From Myxococcota bacterium (GTDB taxonomy: Bacteria > Myxococcota_A > UBA9042 > PHBI01 > JAWLBL01), in NCBI GenBank assembly GCA_041687695.1, contig JAWLBL010000015.1, positions 99,627 through 163,626 on the forward strand: 64,000 bases of DNA, given 5' to 3'. Position numbers and translations under genes: made by a program. The notes under the pieces were generated by a model. That model was not told where the DNA came from. It searched no databases and saw nothing but the letters and a program-made list of their open reading frames with translations. The first letter of the stretch is position 1. Every line of letters starts with the position of its first letter. Shown one piece after another: positions 35,981-48,184 of the stretch.

Positions 35981-37957
35981 ATGCCCGTCCCCGTCTTCCC
36001 GTCGCTGGGCGCCGTCGCGCTCGACGCGCTCGGAGCGCCGGCCCTGCTGCTGGCCCTGCGCGGCGACGACGTCCTGCTCGCGCGGGCCAACGAGGGCTTC
36101 GTCGAGGCCTGCGGGCGGCCAGGGCAGGCGCTCGAGGGGCGGCCGCTGCACGCCGCGCTGGATCCGGACGCCGCGGCCGCCCTGGCCAGCGCCGCGGTGG
36201 CCGCGGTCGAGGCGCGCGAGGGCGCGGAGGTCGAGCTGATCCTGGCGCCGGCCGGCCGCGAGCCGCGCCGGTTTCGCGGCCACGCGCGCGCCTTCGGCGA
36301 CGCCGACGCGGTCGAGGACGCCTGGGTGACGGTCAGCCTGGTCGACGTCACGGCGGTGCGCGCCGAGCTCGAGCAGCTGCGCCGCCGCGCGCGGGATCTG
36401 GAGGCCCTGGTCGAGAACTCGCCCGACATCGTCGCGCGCATCGACCGCGACTTCCGCCACGTGTTCGTCAACCGCGCCATCGAGGCCGCGACCGGGCAGC
36501 CGCGCGAGCGCTTTTTGGGCAAGGACCACTACGAGCTGGGCATGCCGGCCGAGCTGGTCGAGCCGTGGCGCGCGGTCTACCGCCGCGTTTTCGACACGGG
36601 CCAGGAGGGGCGCAAGGAGTTCGAGTTCGAGACGCCGCAGGGCACGCGCACCTACTCGTCGCGCGTGGTGCCCGAGTTCGGGCCCGACGGCCGGGTCGAG
36701 ACCGTGCTCAGCGTCGCGCGCGACGTCACCGTGCAGCGGCAGGCGATGGCCGAGCGGCTCGAGATGGAGCGGCGGCTGCTCGAGAGCCAGCGCCTCGAGA
36801 GCCTCGGCGTCCTCGCCGGCGGCGTCGCCCACGACTTCAACAACCTGCTGGCCGGGGTCGTGGGCACCGCCTCGCACGCCCGCCAGCTCGTCGAGTCCGA
36901 CTCGGCCCTCGACGCGCTGCTCGCCCGCATCGAGGCGACCGGCCTGCGCGCGGCCGACCTGTGCCGGCAGCTCCTCAGCTACGCGGGCCGCGGCACGCTC
37001 GACTCGGGCCTGGTCGACCTCGCGGCGCTCGCCTCCGAGACGCTCGATCTGTTGCGCTCCAACATCCCCAGCCGCATCGCCCTCGAGCTGGCCGCGCCGC
37101 CCCCGCCCGCCACGCTGCCCATGGTGCGCGGCGACGCGACCCAGCTGCGGCAGGTGCTGATGAACCTGGTGCTCAACGCCGCCGAGGCCATCGGCGACCG
37201 CCCGGGCCTCATCACCGTCAGCCTGGTGCGCGGCCAACCCGACCAACGCGCGCTCGCCGGCGCGGTCGTCGCCCCCGAGCGGCTCGACGGCGCCTTCCTG
37301 GTCCTCCAGGTCACCGACGACGGCTGCGGCATGACCCCCCAGACCGTCCGCCGCATCTTCGACCCCTTCTTCACGACCAAGCTCAACGGCCGCGGCCTGG
37401 GCCTGGCCGCCACCCTCGGCGTCGTGCGCGCCCACGGCGGCGCGCTGCTCGTGCGCTCGGCCCCCGGCGAGGGCACGACCTTCACGTTGCAGCTGCCCGC
37501 GACCCAGACCGTCGCCGCCCCGGTCGTGCCACGCCGCGCCGAGGCCTGGCAGGGCGAGGGGCTGGTCCTCATCGTCGACGACGAGGACGTCGTCCGCCGC
37601 GCCGCCGCCCTCATCGCCCGCGGCGCCGGGCTGCGCACGCTGTTCGCCGTCGACGGCCCGGGCGCCATCCGCCTGCTGGCCGAGCACCCCGACCTCATCG
37701 ACGTCGTGCTGCTCGACATGACCATGCCGGGCGGCGACGGCCCCGAGGTGCTGCGCCAGCTGCGCACCATCCGGCCCGATCTGCCCGCGGTCGTCACCAG
37801 CGGCTTCTCCGAGCACACGGTGCTGCAGCGCATGGGCGGCCAGGCCATCAGCGCCTTCGTCCCCAAGCCCTTCACCAAGGAGACCCTGCTCGCCGGCCTG
37901 CGCCGCGCCTTCGGCGCCCCGGTCCGTTCGCCCTTCCTGGAGTCCTCGTCCGTGTAG
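35981..37957 (+). CDS. PAS-domain hybrid sensor histidine kinase/response regulator
   Basis: LAGGVAHDFNNLL, QVLMNLVLNA, FDPFFTTK..GRGLGL, C-terminal receiver LIVDDE...LLDMTMP...KPF; ATG 35981 after GGGAG. Confidence 0.92.
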   Translation: MPVPVFPSLGAVALDALGAPALLLALRGDDVLLARANEGFVEACGRPGQALEGRPLHAALDPDAAAALASAAVAAVEAREGAEVELILAPAGREPRRFRGHARAFGDADAVEDAWVTVSLVDVTAVRAELEQLRRRARDLEALVENSPDIVARIDRDFRHVFVNRAIEAATGQPRERFLGKDHYELGMPAELVEPWRAVYRRVFDTGQEGRKEFEFETPQGTRTYSSRVVPEFGPDGRVETVLSVARDVTVQRQAMAERLEMERRLLESQRLESLGVLAGGVAHDFNNLLAGVVGTASHARQLVESDSALDALLARIEATGLRAADLCRQLLSYAGRGTLDSGLVDLAALASETLDLLRSNIPSRIALELAAPPPPATLPMVRGDATQLRQVLMNLVLNAAEAIGDRPGLITVSLVRGQPDQRALAGAVVAPERLDGAFLVLQVTDDGCGMTPQTVRRIFDPFFTTKLNGRGLGLAATLGVVRAHGGALLVRSAPGEGTTFTLQLPATQTVAAPVVPRRAEAWQGEGLVLIVDDEDVVRRAAALIARGAGLRTLFAVDGPGAIRLLAEHPDLIDVVLLDMTMPGGDGPEVLRQLRTIRPDLPAVVTSGFSEHTVLQRMGGQAISAFVPKPFTKETLLAGLRRAFGAPVRSPFLESSSV

Positions 37958-37993
37958 CACACTGGGCGCCCACCTCGCCCCGGGAGCCCCGAC

Positions 37994-39067
<1,074 letters not shown>

Positions 39068-39215
39068 CGCCACCCGCCCCGGCGGATTCCAACCCGCTCC
39101 TCGCCGCCATCGGTCGCCGCCCTTACGGTCGTCGCAGACCCTACGACCCCATTCGGTACGAGCGCGCCGGCCGGCCGGACCGGCACCGGCCCGCGCTGCG
39201 ACCGGGGAGGCGTCC

Positions 39216-41003
39216 GTGCCCGGCGAGCGGCCCACGAACACGCAGATCGACAAGTCGCCGGCGTCGCTGGCGGCGCCACCCAACCTGACGGACTGGACCG
39301 CCGAGCGGGCCGCCTTCTCGTGGGAGGCCGCCCGCGCCATGCTCGACGGGCTGCCGGGCGGCGCCGGCCTGCACATCGCCCACGAGGCGGTGCGCCGGCA
39401 CGCCCGTGGCCCCCTGGCCGGCCACACCGCGCTCGTCGGCGTCGGCGCCCACGGCGAGCGCCGCGCGCTGACCTACGAGGCCCTGTGGCAGGCCACCAGC
39501 CGCTTCGCCAATGCGCTGGTCGCCCTGGGCGCGCGCCGCGGCGACCGGCTGTTCGTGCTGATGCCGCGCGTCCCCGAGCTGACGGTCGCGGTCATGGGCG
39601 CGCTGTCGGCCGGCTGCGTCGTCTGCCCGCTCTTCGCGGCCTTCGGCCCCGAGCCCATCGCCCAGCGGCTGACCCTCGGATCGGCGCGCTTCCTGGTCAC
39701 CACCTCGGCGCTGTACCAGCGCAAGGTCGCGGCGGCGCGGCCCAGCGTCCCGCACCTCGAGCACGTCCTGGTCCTGGGCGCCGAGGGGCCGCCGGGGACC
39801 ACGCCGCTGGACGAGCGGCTGGCCGCCGCCGCCGCCGACTTCGAGCTGCCGCCCACAGACCCCGAGCAGCCGGCCCTGCTGCACTTCACCAGCGGCACCA
39901 CCGGCCGCCCCAAGGGCGCGCTGCACGTCCACGGCGCCGTGCTGCACCACCTGGTCAGCGCCCACTACGCGCTGGATCTCCGCGCGGGCGACGTCTTCTG
40001 GTGCACCGCCGACCCCGGCTGGGTCACCGGGATGTCCTACGGCGTCGTGGCCCCGCTGGCCCTGGGCGCGACCAACCTGGTCTACGAGGGCGAGTTCGAC
40101 CCGCGCGGCTGGCTGGACGTGCTGGCGCGCGAGCAGGTGACGGTCTGGTACACCGCGCCGACCGCGGTGCGCATGATGCGCCGGGCCGGCCTCGGCGCCG
40201 CCGGGCCCGAGCGCCTGCAGCACCTGCGCTTCATCGCCAGCGTCGGAGAGCCGCTGGACGCCGAGGCCGTGCGCTGGGGCGTCGAGGCGTTCGGGCTGCC
40301 CATCCACGACAACTGGTGGCAGACCGAGACGGGCGGCATATTGATCGCCAATTACGCCGCCATGCCCATCCGGCCGGGGTCGATGGGGCGCCCGCTGCCG
40401 GGCGTCGAGGTCGCGGTGGTGCGCCGGGCGGGCGAGGGCCGGGTCGAGGCGCTGCCGCCCGGCGAGCAGGGCGAGCTGGCCGTCCGGCGGCCCTGGCCGG
40501 GCATGTTCCGGGCCTATCTGAACGACCCGGCGCGCTACGCCGGCTGCTTCGTCGGCGACTGGTATCTGTCGGGCGATCTCGCCCGCATGGACGAGGACGG
40601 CTACCTGTGGTTCGTCGGGCGGGCCGACGACGTCATCAAGACCGCCGGGCACCTGGTCGGGCCCTTCGAGGTCGAGCGCGTCCTGCTGTCGCACCCGGCG
40701 GTGGCCGAGGCGGGCGTCATCGGACGGCCCGACCCGGTCGCGGGCGAGGTCATCAAGGCGTTCGTGGCGCTGCGGCCGGGGCACGCGCCGGACGACGGGC
40801 TGCGGCGCGAGCTGCTGGGCCTCTCGCGCAAGCGGCTGGGGCCGGCCCTGTCGCCGCGCGAGATCGCCTTCGTCGACGGGCTGCCCAAGACGCGCAGCGG
40901 CAAGATCCTGCGGCGGCTGCTGCGGGCGCGCGAGCTGGGGCTGCCCGAGGGCGACCTGTCGACCCTGGAGCCCGAGCCGCCGGGGGCGGGGCGCGCCTCG
41001 TGA
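39216..41003 (+). CDS. acsA: Acetate--CoA ligase (acyl-CoA synthetase)
   Basis: [56 protein letters not shown]. Confidence 0.9.
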   Translation: MPGERPTNTQIDKSPASLAAPPNLTDWTAERAAFSWEAARAMLDGLPGGAGLHIAHEAVRRHARGPLAGHTALVGVGAHGERRALTYEALWQATSRFANALVALGARRGDRLFVLMPRVPELTVAVMGALSAGCVVCPLFAAFGPEPIAQRLTLGSARFLVTTSALYQRKVAAARPSVPHLEHVLVLGAEGPPGTTPLDERLAAAAADFELPPTDPEQPALLHFTSGTTGRPKGALHVHGAVLHHLVSAHYALDLRAGDVFWCTADPGWVTGMSYGVVAPLALGATNLVYEGEFDPRGWLDVLAREQVTVWYTAPTAVRMMRRAGLGAAGPERLQHLRFIASVGEPLDAEAVRWGVEAFGLPIHDNWWQTETGGILIANYAAMPIRPGSMGRPLPGVEVAVVRRAGEGRVEALPPGEQGELAVRRPWPGMFRAYLNDPARYAGCFVGDWYLSGDLARMDEDGYLWFVGRADDVIKTAGHLVGPFEVERVLLSHPAVAEAGVIGRPDPVAGEVIKAFVALRPGHAPDDGLRRELLGLSRKRLGPALSPREIAFVDGLPKTRSGKILRRLLRARELGLPEGDLSTLEPEPPGAGRAS

Positions 41004-43054
41004 GCGGGCGCGCGTCCAGGAGGGGCCCCGACGGCGGCGGGCGGCGGCCGGTCGCGGTCACGGCGGGCCACGCTCGGCACCTGCTTCGGCAGATGCTGCG
41101 CATCCGGCGCTTCGAGGAGCGCTGCGCCGAGGCCTACGCCGGCGAGCACATCCGGGGCTTTTTGCACCTGTACAACGGCCAGGAGGCCATCGCCGTCGGG
41201 GCTGTCGGCGCGCTCGAGCCCGAGGACCCCCTCTTCGCCACCTACCGCGAGCACGGCCACGCCCTGGCCCGCGGCGTGCCGATGGGGCCGCTGATGGCCG
41301 AGATGTTCGGCAAGGCCGAGGGCGTCTGCCGCGGCCGCGGCGGGTCGATGCACCTGTTCGACCTGTCGCGCGCCTTCTTCGGCGGCAACGCCATCGTCGG
41401 CGGGCACCTGCCGCTGGCGGTGGGCGCGGCGCTGGCCGATCGGCGGCTGGGGCGGCCGCGGGTGACCGCCTGCTTCTTCGGCGAGGGCGCCGTCGAGGAG
41501 GGCGAGTTCCACGAGGCGATGAACCTGGCGGCGCTGTGGGGGCTGCCGGTCGTCTTCTGCTGCGAGAACAACCGCTACGCGATGGGCACCCCCCTCGCCG
41601 TGGGAGAGGCGCGACGGGACCTGGTCGCCAAGGCGGCGGCCGACGGCGTCCCGGGCGAGGTGGTCGACGGGATGGACGTGCTGGCGGTCGAGGCGGCCAT
41701 GCGCGGCGCGGTCGCGGCGGCGAGGGGCGGGGACGGGCCGCGCTTTCTGGAGCTGCGGACCTACCGCTTCGTGGCGCACTCGATGTTCGACGCGCAGCTC
41801 TACCGGGACAAGGCCGAGGTGGAGGCCTGGCGCCACCGCGACCCGCTGGTGACGTTCCGGGCGGCGCTCGAGGCCGAGGGGCTCGTGGACCAGGCCGCCT
41901 GGGAGGCGATGGAAGGCGAGGTGGCGCGCGAGATCGAGGAGGCCGTCGCCTTCGCCGAGGCCGGCACCCTGGAGCCCGTCGCCGACCTGACGCGCGACGT
42001 GACCACCCCGGTCGAGGGCCGCCCCGCGACGCCGCGCCCGCCGGCGCCTGCCCCCGAGGCCCCGAGCCGGATGACCTATCGCGAGGCGGTCAAGCAGGCC
42101 ATCGCCGAGGCTCTGGAGGCCGACCCGCGCGTGGTCCTGATCGGCGAGGACGTCGGCCGCTACGGCGGCTGCTACGCCGTCTCCAAGGGCCTGCTCGAGC
42201 GCTTCGGCCCCAGCCGCGTGGTCGACGCGCCGCTGTCGGAGGCCGGCTTCGTCGGCGCGGGCGTCGGCGCGGCGATGACCGGCCTGCGGCCCATCGTCGA
42301 GGTGATGACCTGCAACTTCAGCACGCTGGCGATGGACCAGATCCTGAACAATGCCGCGACCTTGCGCCACATGTCGGGCGGGCAGGTCGGCGTCCCGCTG
42401 GTCGTCCGGATGGCCACCGGCGCCGGCCGGCAGCTGGCCGCGCAGCACTCGCACAGCCTCGAGGGCTGGTTCGCGCACATCCCCGGGCTGCGGGTCGTCG
42501 CGCCGGCCACCGTCGAGGACGCGCGCGGCATGCTGTGGACGGCGCTGCACGACCCGGACCCGGTGCTCATCTTCGAGCACGTCGACCTGTACAACGCCGA
42601 GGGCGAGCTGCCGGCGGGCGCCGGCCCGGTGGATCTGGACCGCGCGGTGGTGCGACGCTCCGGGCGCGACGTCACCCTGGTCACCTACGGGGGCTCGCTG
42701 CGCAAGGCGCTGGCGGCGGCCGAGGCGCTGGCCGGCCAGGGCGTCGAGGCCGAGGTCGTCGATCTGCGGACCCTGCGGCCGCTCGACGGCGAGACGGTGC
42801 TGGCCTCGGTGGCGCGCACCCGGCGGCTGGTGGTGGTCGACGAGGGCTGGCGTTCGGGCAGCCTGTCGGCCGAGGTCGTGGCCCGGGTGACCGAGGCGGC
42901 CCTCTACGAGCTGGACGCCCCGCCGGCGCGCGTGTGCACCGCCGAGGTACCGCTGCCCTACGCCAAGCACCTGGAGCAGGCAGCGCTGCCGCAGCCCGAG
43001 GCCATCGTCCGGGCCGCGCGGGCGCTGGTGGGCGGGGGGCGCGCGGATGGCTGA
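41000..43054 (+). CDS. Fused pyruvate dehydrogenase-like E1 alpha/beta
   Basis: GTG 41000 overlapping the acsA stop; alpha motifs [24 protein letters not shown]...ENNRY; Pro-rich linker; beta motifs [28 protein letters not shown]. Confidence 0.9.
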   Translation: MSGRASRRGPDGGGRRPVAVTAGHARHLLRQMLRIRRFEERCAEAYAGEHIRGFLHLYNGQEAIAVGAVGALEPEDPLFATYREHGHALARGVPMGPLMAEMFGKAEGVCRGRGGSMHLFDLSRAFFGGNAIVGGHLPLAVGAALADRRLGRPRVTACFFGEGAVEEGEFHEAMNLAALWGLPVVFCCENNRYAMGTPLAVGEARRDLVAKAAADGVPGEVVDGMDVLAVEAAMRGAVAAARGGDGPRFLELRTYRFVAHSMFDAQLYRDKAEVEAWRHRDPLVTFRAALEAEGLVDQAAWEAMEGEVAREIEEAVAFAEAGTLEPVADLTRDVTTPVEGRPATPRPPAPAPEAPSRMTYREAVKQAIAEALEADPRVVLIGEDVGRYGGCYAVSKGLLERFGPSRVVDAPLSEAGFVGAGVGAAMTGLRPIVEVMTCNFSTLAMDQILNNAATLRHMSGGQVGVPLVVRMATGAGRQLAAQHSHSLEGWFAHIPGLRVVAPATVEDARGMLWTALHDPDPVLIFEHVDLYNAEGELPAGAGPVDLDRAVVRRSGRDVTLVTYGGSLRKALAAAEALAGQGVEAEVVDLRTLRPLDGETVLASVARTRRLVVVDEGWRSGSLSAEVVARVTEAALYELDAPPARVCTAEVPLPYAKHLEQAALPQPEAIVRAARALVGGGRADG

Positions 43055-44294
43055 GCTGCGCATGCCGTCGCTGGGCGCCGACATGGAGTCGGCCGAGCTG
43101 GTCGCGTGGCAGGTGCGGCCGGGCGACGAGGTGCGCCGCGGCGACATCGTGGCGGTGATCGAGACCCACAAGGGCGCCATCGACGTCGAGGCCTACGTGT
43201 CGGGGCGGGTGGCGCGGCTGCTGGTCGAGCCCGGGGCGCGGGTGCCGGTGGGCGCGCCGATCGCCGTGCTCGAGGACGGGGCCGGGGCGGCGCCCGAGGT
43301 CGAGGCCGAGCCGGCGGCGGCGGCCCAGGCGGTGGCGGTGGCGGAGGTGGAGCCGGTGGCGGAAGCGGCGGCGGAGCCGGTGGCGGAAGCGGCGGCCGAG
43401 CCCGTGGCGGTGGCGGAGGCAGCGCCCCAGGCCGCGCCGAGGCCGGCCGATGGGTGGGTCCGGGCCTCGCCGGCGGCGCGGGCGCGGGCGCGGTCGCTGG
43501 GGATCGCGCTGGAAGACGTGCGCGGCAGCGGCCCGGGCGGCGCGGTGACGCTGGCGGACCTCGAGGCGGCCCCCTCGCCGACACCGACGACCCCGGCGCC
43601 ACCGACGCCCGCGACGCGGCCGCGGCCGACGACGGCCGGGTTGCGGCAGGCCATCGCGGCGGCCATGGCGCGCTCGAACCGCGAGATCCCCCACCTGTAC
43701 CTGACCCACTCTGTGGATGTCGCCGAGCCGCTGCGCTGGCTCGCGGCCCGCAACGCCCAGCGGCCGGTCGCCGAGCGCGTCCTGCCGGCGGCCCTGTTCC
43801 TGCAGGCCAGCGCGCGGGCGCTGGCGCGTCACCCCGAGCTGAACGGCTACTGGAAGGACGACGCCTTCGTCCCGGGCGCCGGCGTCCACCTGGGCGTCGC
43901 CGTCTCGCTGCGCGGCGGCGGCGTGGTCATCCCGGCCCTGCGCGACGCCGACCGGCTGGGGCTCGACGCGCTGATGCAGGGCCTGCGGGATCTGGTGGGC
44001 CGCGCGCGGTCGGGGCGGCTGCGCTCGTCCGAGCTGGACTCGGGCACGGCGACGGTGACCAACCTGGGCGACACCGGCGTCGAGTCGGTGCTGGGGGTGG
44101 TCTACCCTCCGCAGGTCGCGCTCATCGGGTTCGGCCGCGTGGTCGAGCGCCCCTGGGCGGTCGACGGGATGCTGACCGTGCGCCCCGTGGTCACGGTGTC
44201 GCTGGCGGCCGACCACCGCGCCGTCGACGGCCACGCCGGGGCGCGCCTGCTGTCCACCCTCGAGCAGCTGCTGCGGCAGCCGGAGGCCCCATGA
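43047..44294 (+). CDS. Dihydrolipoamide acyltransferase E2
   Basis: Lipoyl domain VIETHKG, binding domain ASPAARARA...GSGPGG, catalytic DHRAVDG. Confidence 0.92.
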   Translation: MAELRMPSLGADMESAELVAWQVRPGDEVRRGDIVAVIETHKGAIDVEAYVSGRVARLLVEPGARVPVGAPIAVLEDGAGAAPEVEAEPAAAAQAVAVAEVEPVAEAAAEPVAEAAAEPVAVAEAAPQAAPRPADGWVRASPAARARARSLGIALEDVRGSGPGGAVTLADLEAAPSPTPTTPAPPTPATRPRPTTAGLRQAIAAAMARSNREIPHLYLTHSVDVAEPLRWLAARNAQRPVAERVLPAALFLQASARALARHPELNGYWKDDAFVPGAGVHLGVAVSLRGGGVVIPALRDADRLGLDALMQGLRDLVGRARSGRLRSSELDSGTATVTNLGDTGVESVLGVVYPPQVALIGFGRVVERPWAVDGMLTVRPVVTVSLAADHRAVDGHAGARLLSTLEQLLRQPEAP

Positions 44295-44575
44295 CCGCGT
44301 CACCGACGCCGAGCCGCGAGGAGCTGCGCGCCCAGGTGGCCGCCGTGCTGGCCGACATCGCGCCCGAGGTCGATCTGACCGCCATCCCCGACGAAGCCCC
44401 GCTGCGCGAGGCGGCCGACCTGGACTCGATGGACATGCTGAACCTGGTCCTGGGGCTGGCGCAGCGGCTCGAGGTCGAGATCCCCGAGGCCGACTACGCG
44501 CAGGCCGCCACCGTGGGCGGGCTGCTGGACTACCTGGCGCGGGCGCTCGCCGCGCGCCCTGCCGAAGGAGCGTGA
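44291..44575 (+). CDS. Acyl carrier protein
   Basis: ATGA overlap; 94 aa; DLDSMDML phosphopantetheine site; EIPEADY. Confidence 0.88.
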   Translation: MTASPTPSREELRAQVAAVLADIAPEVDLTAIPDEAPLREAADLDSMDMLNLVLGLAQRLEVEIPEADYAQAATVGGLLDYLARALAARPAEGA

Positions 44576-44577
44576 AC

Positions 44578-46971
44578 ATGGCCCGTCGAGGCGCGTTGGT
44601 GCGATGGTTCGAGGACGTGAGGCGCGACGACGTCGCGTCGGTGGGCGGCAAGAACGCCTCGCTGGGCGAGATGACGGCGAAGCTGCGCGACGCGGGCATC
44701 GCGGTGCCCGGCGGGTTCGCGACGACGGCCGCGGCCTACCGGCAGGTGCTGCGCGAGGCGGGGCTCGACGACGCGATGCGCGAGCAGCTGGAAGCGCTGG
44801 AGCGCGACCCGGAGGCGTTGCCGAAGGTGGGCGCGGCGCTGCGGAAGCTGGTTGGCGATGCGCCGCTGCCCAAGGCGCTGGAGCGTGAAATCCGCGAGGC
44901 CTACGCGGAGCTGTCGCGGCGGTACGAGGTCGAGGCGGCGGACGTGGCCGTGCGAAGCAGCGCGACCGCCGAGGACCTGCCCGAGGCCAGCTTCGCCGGG
45001 CAGCAGGAGACCTTCTTGAACGTGCGCGGGGCGGACGCCGTGCTGGCGGCGGTGCGGCGCTGCATGGCCTCGCTGTTCACCGACCGCGCCATCGCCTACC
45101 GGGACCGGCACGGCTTCGACCACCTGTCGGTCGCGCTGTCGGTGGGCGTGCAGAAGATGGTGCGCTCGGACAAGGCCGGGGCGGGCGTCGCCTTCACGCT
45201 GGACCCCGAGACGGGCTTTCCGCGGGTGGTCGTCATCAACGCGGCGTTCGGGCTGGGCGAGAGCGTGGTGTCGGGCCAGGTCGACCCGGACCAGTACGTG
45301 GTGTTCCGGCCCTTGCTGGGGCAGGCGCGGCCCATCGTCGACAAGCGGCGCGGGGGCAAGGAGATCCGCGTCGACTACGGAGAAGGCGGCGAGGGCCGCG
45401 AGACGGTGACGCGGGAGGTGCCCGAGGGCGAGCGGCTGCGGTGGGTGCTGAGCGACGACGAGATCCTGACGCTGGCGACGTGGTGCGAGCGCATCGAGGC
45501 GCACTACGGGCGGCCGATGGACATCGAGTGGGCCAAGGACGGCGAGTCGGGCGAGCTGTTCATCGTGCAGGCGCGGCCCGAGACGGTGCAGCGCGGGCGC
45601 AACCCGACGTCGCTGGAGAGCTTTCGCCTCGAGGGCGAGGGCGAGCGCCTGGTGACGGGGCTGGCCATCGGGCAGGGCATCGCGGCCGGGCCGGTGTGCG
45701 TGCTGGGCAGCGCGGCCGAGGGCGCGGCCTTCCCGGAGGGGGGCGTGCTGGTGACGGCGATGACCGACCCGGACTGGGTGCCGGTGATGCGGCGGGCGGC
45801 GGCCATCGTGACCGACCACGGCGGGCGGACCTCGCACGCGGCCATCGTCAGCCGCGAGCTGGGCGTGCCGGCGGTCATCGGGGCGGGCGACGCCACGGCG
45901 ACGCTGCGGTCGGGCGACGAGGTGACGGTCAGCTGCGCCGAGGGTGACGCCGGGTACGTGTACCGGGGGCGGCTCGCGTGGCGGCAGGAGGCCATCTCGC
46001 TCGAGGACCTGCCCGAGACGCGGACGCGGCTGATGATGAACCTGGCGACGCCGGACGCGGCCTTCCGCTGGTGGCGGCTGCCGGCGCGCGGGGTGGGGCT
46101 CGCGCGCATGGAGTTCATCCTGAGCGACGCCATCCGGGTGCATCCGATGGCGCTGCTGCGCCCCGAGCAGGTCGAGGACGCGGCGGCGCGGCGCGAGATC
46201 GAGGCGCTGACGGCCGGCTACGAGGACAAGGCCGAGTACTTCGTCGAGCGGCTGGCCTTCGGCATCGCGCGCATCGCGGCGGCGCTGCACCCCGAGCCGG
46301 TGGTGGTGCGGACGAGCGACTTCAAGACCAACGAGTACGCCCAGCTGCTGGGCGGGCGGGCGTTCGAGCCGCGCGAGGAGAACCCGATGTTGGGGTTCCG
46401 CGGGGCGTCCCGCTACTACAGCCCGCGTTATCGCGACGCGTTCGCGCTGGAGTGCCGGGCGCTGCGACGGGTGCGCGAGGAGATGGGACTGGCGAACGTG
46501 GTCGTGATGATCCCCTTCTGCCGCACGCTCGAGGAGGCGGATCGGGTGCTGGAGATCATGGCCGAGCAGGGCCTGCGGCGGGGTGAGCGGGGGCTCGAGG
46601 TCTTTGTCATGGCCGAGATCCCCAGCAACATCCTGCTGACCGAGGGCTTCGCCGAGCGCTTCGACGGCTTCTCCATCGGCTCGAACGATCTGACGCAGCT
46701 GACGCTGGGTGTCGACCGCGACTCGGCCGAGCTGAAGCACGTCTTCGACGAGCGCAACCCGGCGGTCAAGGCGCTGGTGGCCGACCTCATCCGGCGGGCG
46801 CACGCGGCCGGGCGCAAGGTCGGCATCTGCGGGCAGGCGCCCAGCGATTATCCGGACTTCGCGGCCTTCCTGGTCGAGGAGGGCATCGACTCGATCTCGC
46901 TCAACCCGGACAGCCTCGTGCGCACGCTGCACACGGTCGCCGAGGCCGAGGCGCGGCTGAAGCCGTCCTGA
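44578..46971 (+). CDS. ppsA: Phosphoenolpyruvate synthase
   Basis: VGGKNASLGEM, AVRSSATAEDLP.ASFAGQQET, GGRTSHAAIVSRELG, EENPMLGFRG, FSIGSNDLTQL, GICGQAPS. Confidence 0.96.
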   Translation: MARRGALVRWFEDVRRDDVASVGGKNASLGEMTAKLRDAGIAVPGGFATTAAAYRQVLREAGLDDAMREQLEALERDPEALPKVGAALRKLVGDAPLPKALEREIREAYAELSRRYEVEAADVAVRSSATAEDLPEASFAGQQETFLNVRGADAVLAAVRRCMASLFTDRAIAYRDRHGFDHLSVALSVGVQKMVRSDKAGAGVAFTLDPETGFPRVVVINAAFGLGESVVSGQVDPDQYVVFRPLLGQARPIVDKRRGGKEIRVDYGEGGEGRETVTREVPEGERLRWVLSDDEILTLATWCERIEAHYGRPMDIEWAKDGESGELFIVQARPETVQRGRNPTSLESFRLEGEGERLVTGLAIGQGIAAGPVCVLGSAAEGAAFPEGGVLVTAMTDPDWVPVMRRAAAIVTDHGGRTSHAAIVSRELGVPAVIGAGDATATLRSGDEVTVSCAEGDAGYVYRGRLAWRQEAISLEDLPETRTRLMMNLATPDAAFRWWRLPARGVGLARMEFILSDAIRVHPMALLRPEQVEDAAARREIEALTAGYEDKAEYFVERLAFGIARIAAALHPEPVVVRTSDFKTNEYAQLLGGRAFEPREENPMLGFRGASRYYSPRYRDAFALECRALRRVREEMGLANVVVMIPFCRTLEEADRVLEIMAEQGLRRGERGLEVFVMAEIPSNILLTEGFAERFDGFSIGSNDLTQLTLGVDRDSAELKHVFDERNPAVKALVADLIRRAHAAGRKVGICGQAPSDYPDFAAFLVEEGIDSISLNPDSLVRTLHTVAEAEARLKPS

Positions 46972-46986
46972 GCGCGCGCGCGGCGG

Positions 46987-48099
46987 TCAGCCCAGGCGGG
47001 TCAGCGCGTCGGGGAAGAGCAGCAGGACCAGGCCCAGCGCGGCGATGACGGCGCCGCTGACCAGCTTGAGGAGGCGGCCGCCGCGCTCTTGCAGCTTTCG
47101 CTTGGACAGGGTGACGACCGCGATGATCAGCATCACCGAGTCGTCCAGGACGTAGGCCAGGTTGTAGAGCGCGAGGTAGCCGTAATAGGACCAGGCGGGC
47201 TGGTCGTAGGTGGTCAGGATCTGGGTGTACAGGGCCGGGAAGCCGGCGGTGCAGAGCAGCTCGACCACGTTGACGAGCCCGGAGAGGACGGCGACCGCGG
47301 CGAGGGCGGCCGGCAGGTTCTCGGCGCGCAGGATGCGGCGCACCTGGCGGTACAGGGCCGGCTTGGCGCGCGCGGGGATGGACAGGCTGGGGCCGCGGCC
47401 GAAGGCGAAGAAGTCCTTGATGTTGATGGCGCCCATGGTGAGGGCGACGAGGCCGAGCGCGACCTGCAGGGCGCGTGAGTAGCCGACGAGGAGGAAGATC
47501 TCGAGCCAGGCGGCCATGAAGGCGAAGTAGAGCAGGCCGCCGACCAGGACGAAGGTGCCGCCGACGAGGGCCATGCGGCGGCGGTCGTGCAGGTTGACGA
47601 GGAGGCTCAGGAGGTAGAGCAGCGCCCACATGGCGCAGGGGTTGAAGCCGTCGAGCAGGCCGAGGACGACGGTGAACAGGGGCAGGCCGAGGTCGTCGAC
47701 GTCGACCGGGCCGACCAGGGGCAGGTCGACGCGGCGGGGCGGGGCGCGGGCGGGGGCGGAGGCGAGGCCGAGCAGGGCGCGGAGGCGGGGGCCGCTGGTG
47801 GCGGGGGTGTCGAAGCCGACGAGGAGGCGGTCGCCGGCGACGAAGGTGGGGACGCCGGCGGGCGAGGCGCCGTGGGCGTCGGAGAGGGCGCGGAGGCGGG
47901 CGAGGGCGGCCGGGTCGGCGACGACGTCGTGGTAGACGATGGTGAGGTCGGGGTGCTGGCGGTGGAGGTCGGCGAGGTAGGCCTCGGCGTCGGCGCAGTG
48001 GGGGCAGCCGGGGCGGACGAAGACCTCGAGGTCGGGCGGTGGCGCGGCGGGGAGGGCCGCGAGGAGCCACAGCGCGAGGGCGGCGAGGGAGGGGGGCAT
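46987..48099 (-). CDS. Glutaredoxin-like (CPHC) domain fused to a DsbD/CcdA-like membrane domain
   Basis: GCPHC, GVPTF, LDGFNPCAMW, VELLCTAG, multiple TM segments. Confidence 0.85.
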   Translation of the reverse strand: MPPSLAALALWLLAALPAAPPPDLEVFVRPGCPHCADAEAYLADLHRQHPDLTIVYHDVVADPAALARLRALSDAHGASPAGVPTFVAGDRLLVGFDTPATSGPRLRALLGLASAPARAPPRRVDLPLVGPVDVDDLGLPLFTVVLGLLDGFNPCAMWALLYLLSLLVNLHDRRRMALVGGTFVLVGGLLYFAFMAAWLEIFLLVGYSRALQVALGLVALTMGAINIKDFFAFGRGPSLSIPARAKPALYRQVRRILRAENLPAALAAVAVLSGLVNVVELLCTAGFPALYTQILTTYDQPAWSYYGYLALYNLAYVLDDSVMLIIAVVTLSKRKLQERGGRLLKLVSGAVIAALGLVLLLFPDALTRLG

Positions 48100-48184
48100 G
48101 GGCCGAGAGCGTGGCCTGCCCGGACCGAGGGGGGAACGCCGCGGCCCGATTCGTGGGGCCGCGGCCGGGGGGCAGCGGTTGGGT

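Noticed and set aside
39320..40999. N-terminal 560-aa extension of the E1 ORF, and similar extensions at 23855-26350, 32928-35054 and 43106-44575
   Set aside because: Alternative-frame read-through over the upstream gene; real starts are at the stop/start overlaps
43310..43430. 24-bp tandem repeat encoding AEPVAEAA
   Set aside because: Ordinary Ala/Pro/Glu linker of the E2 subunit
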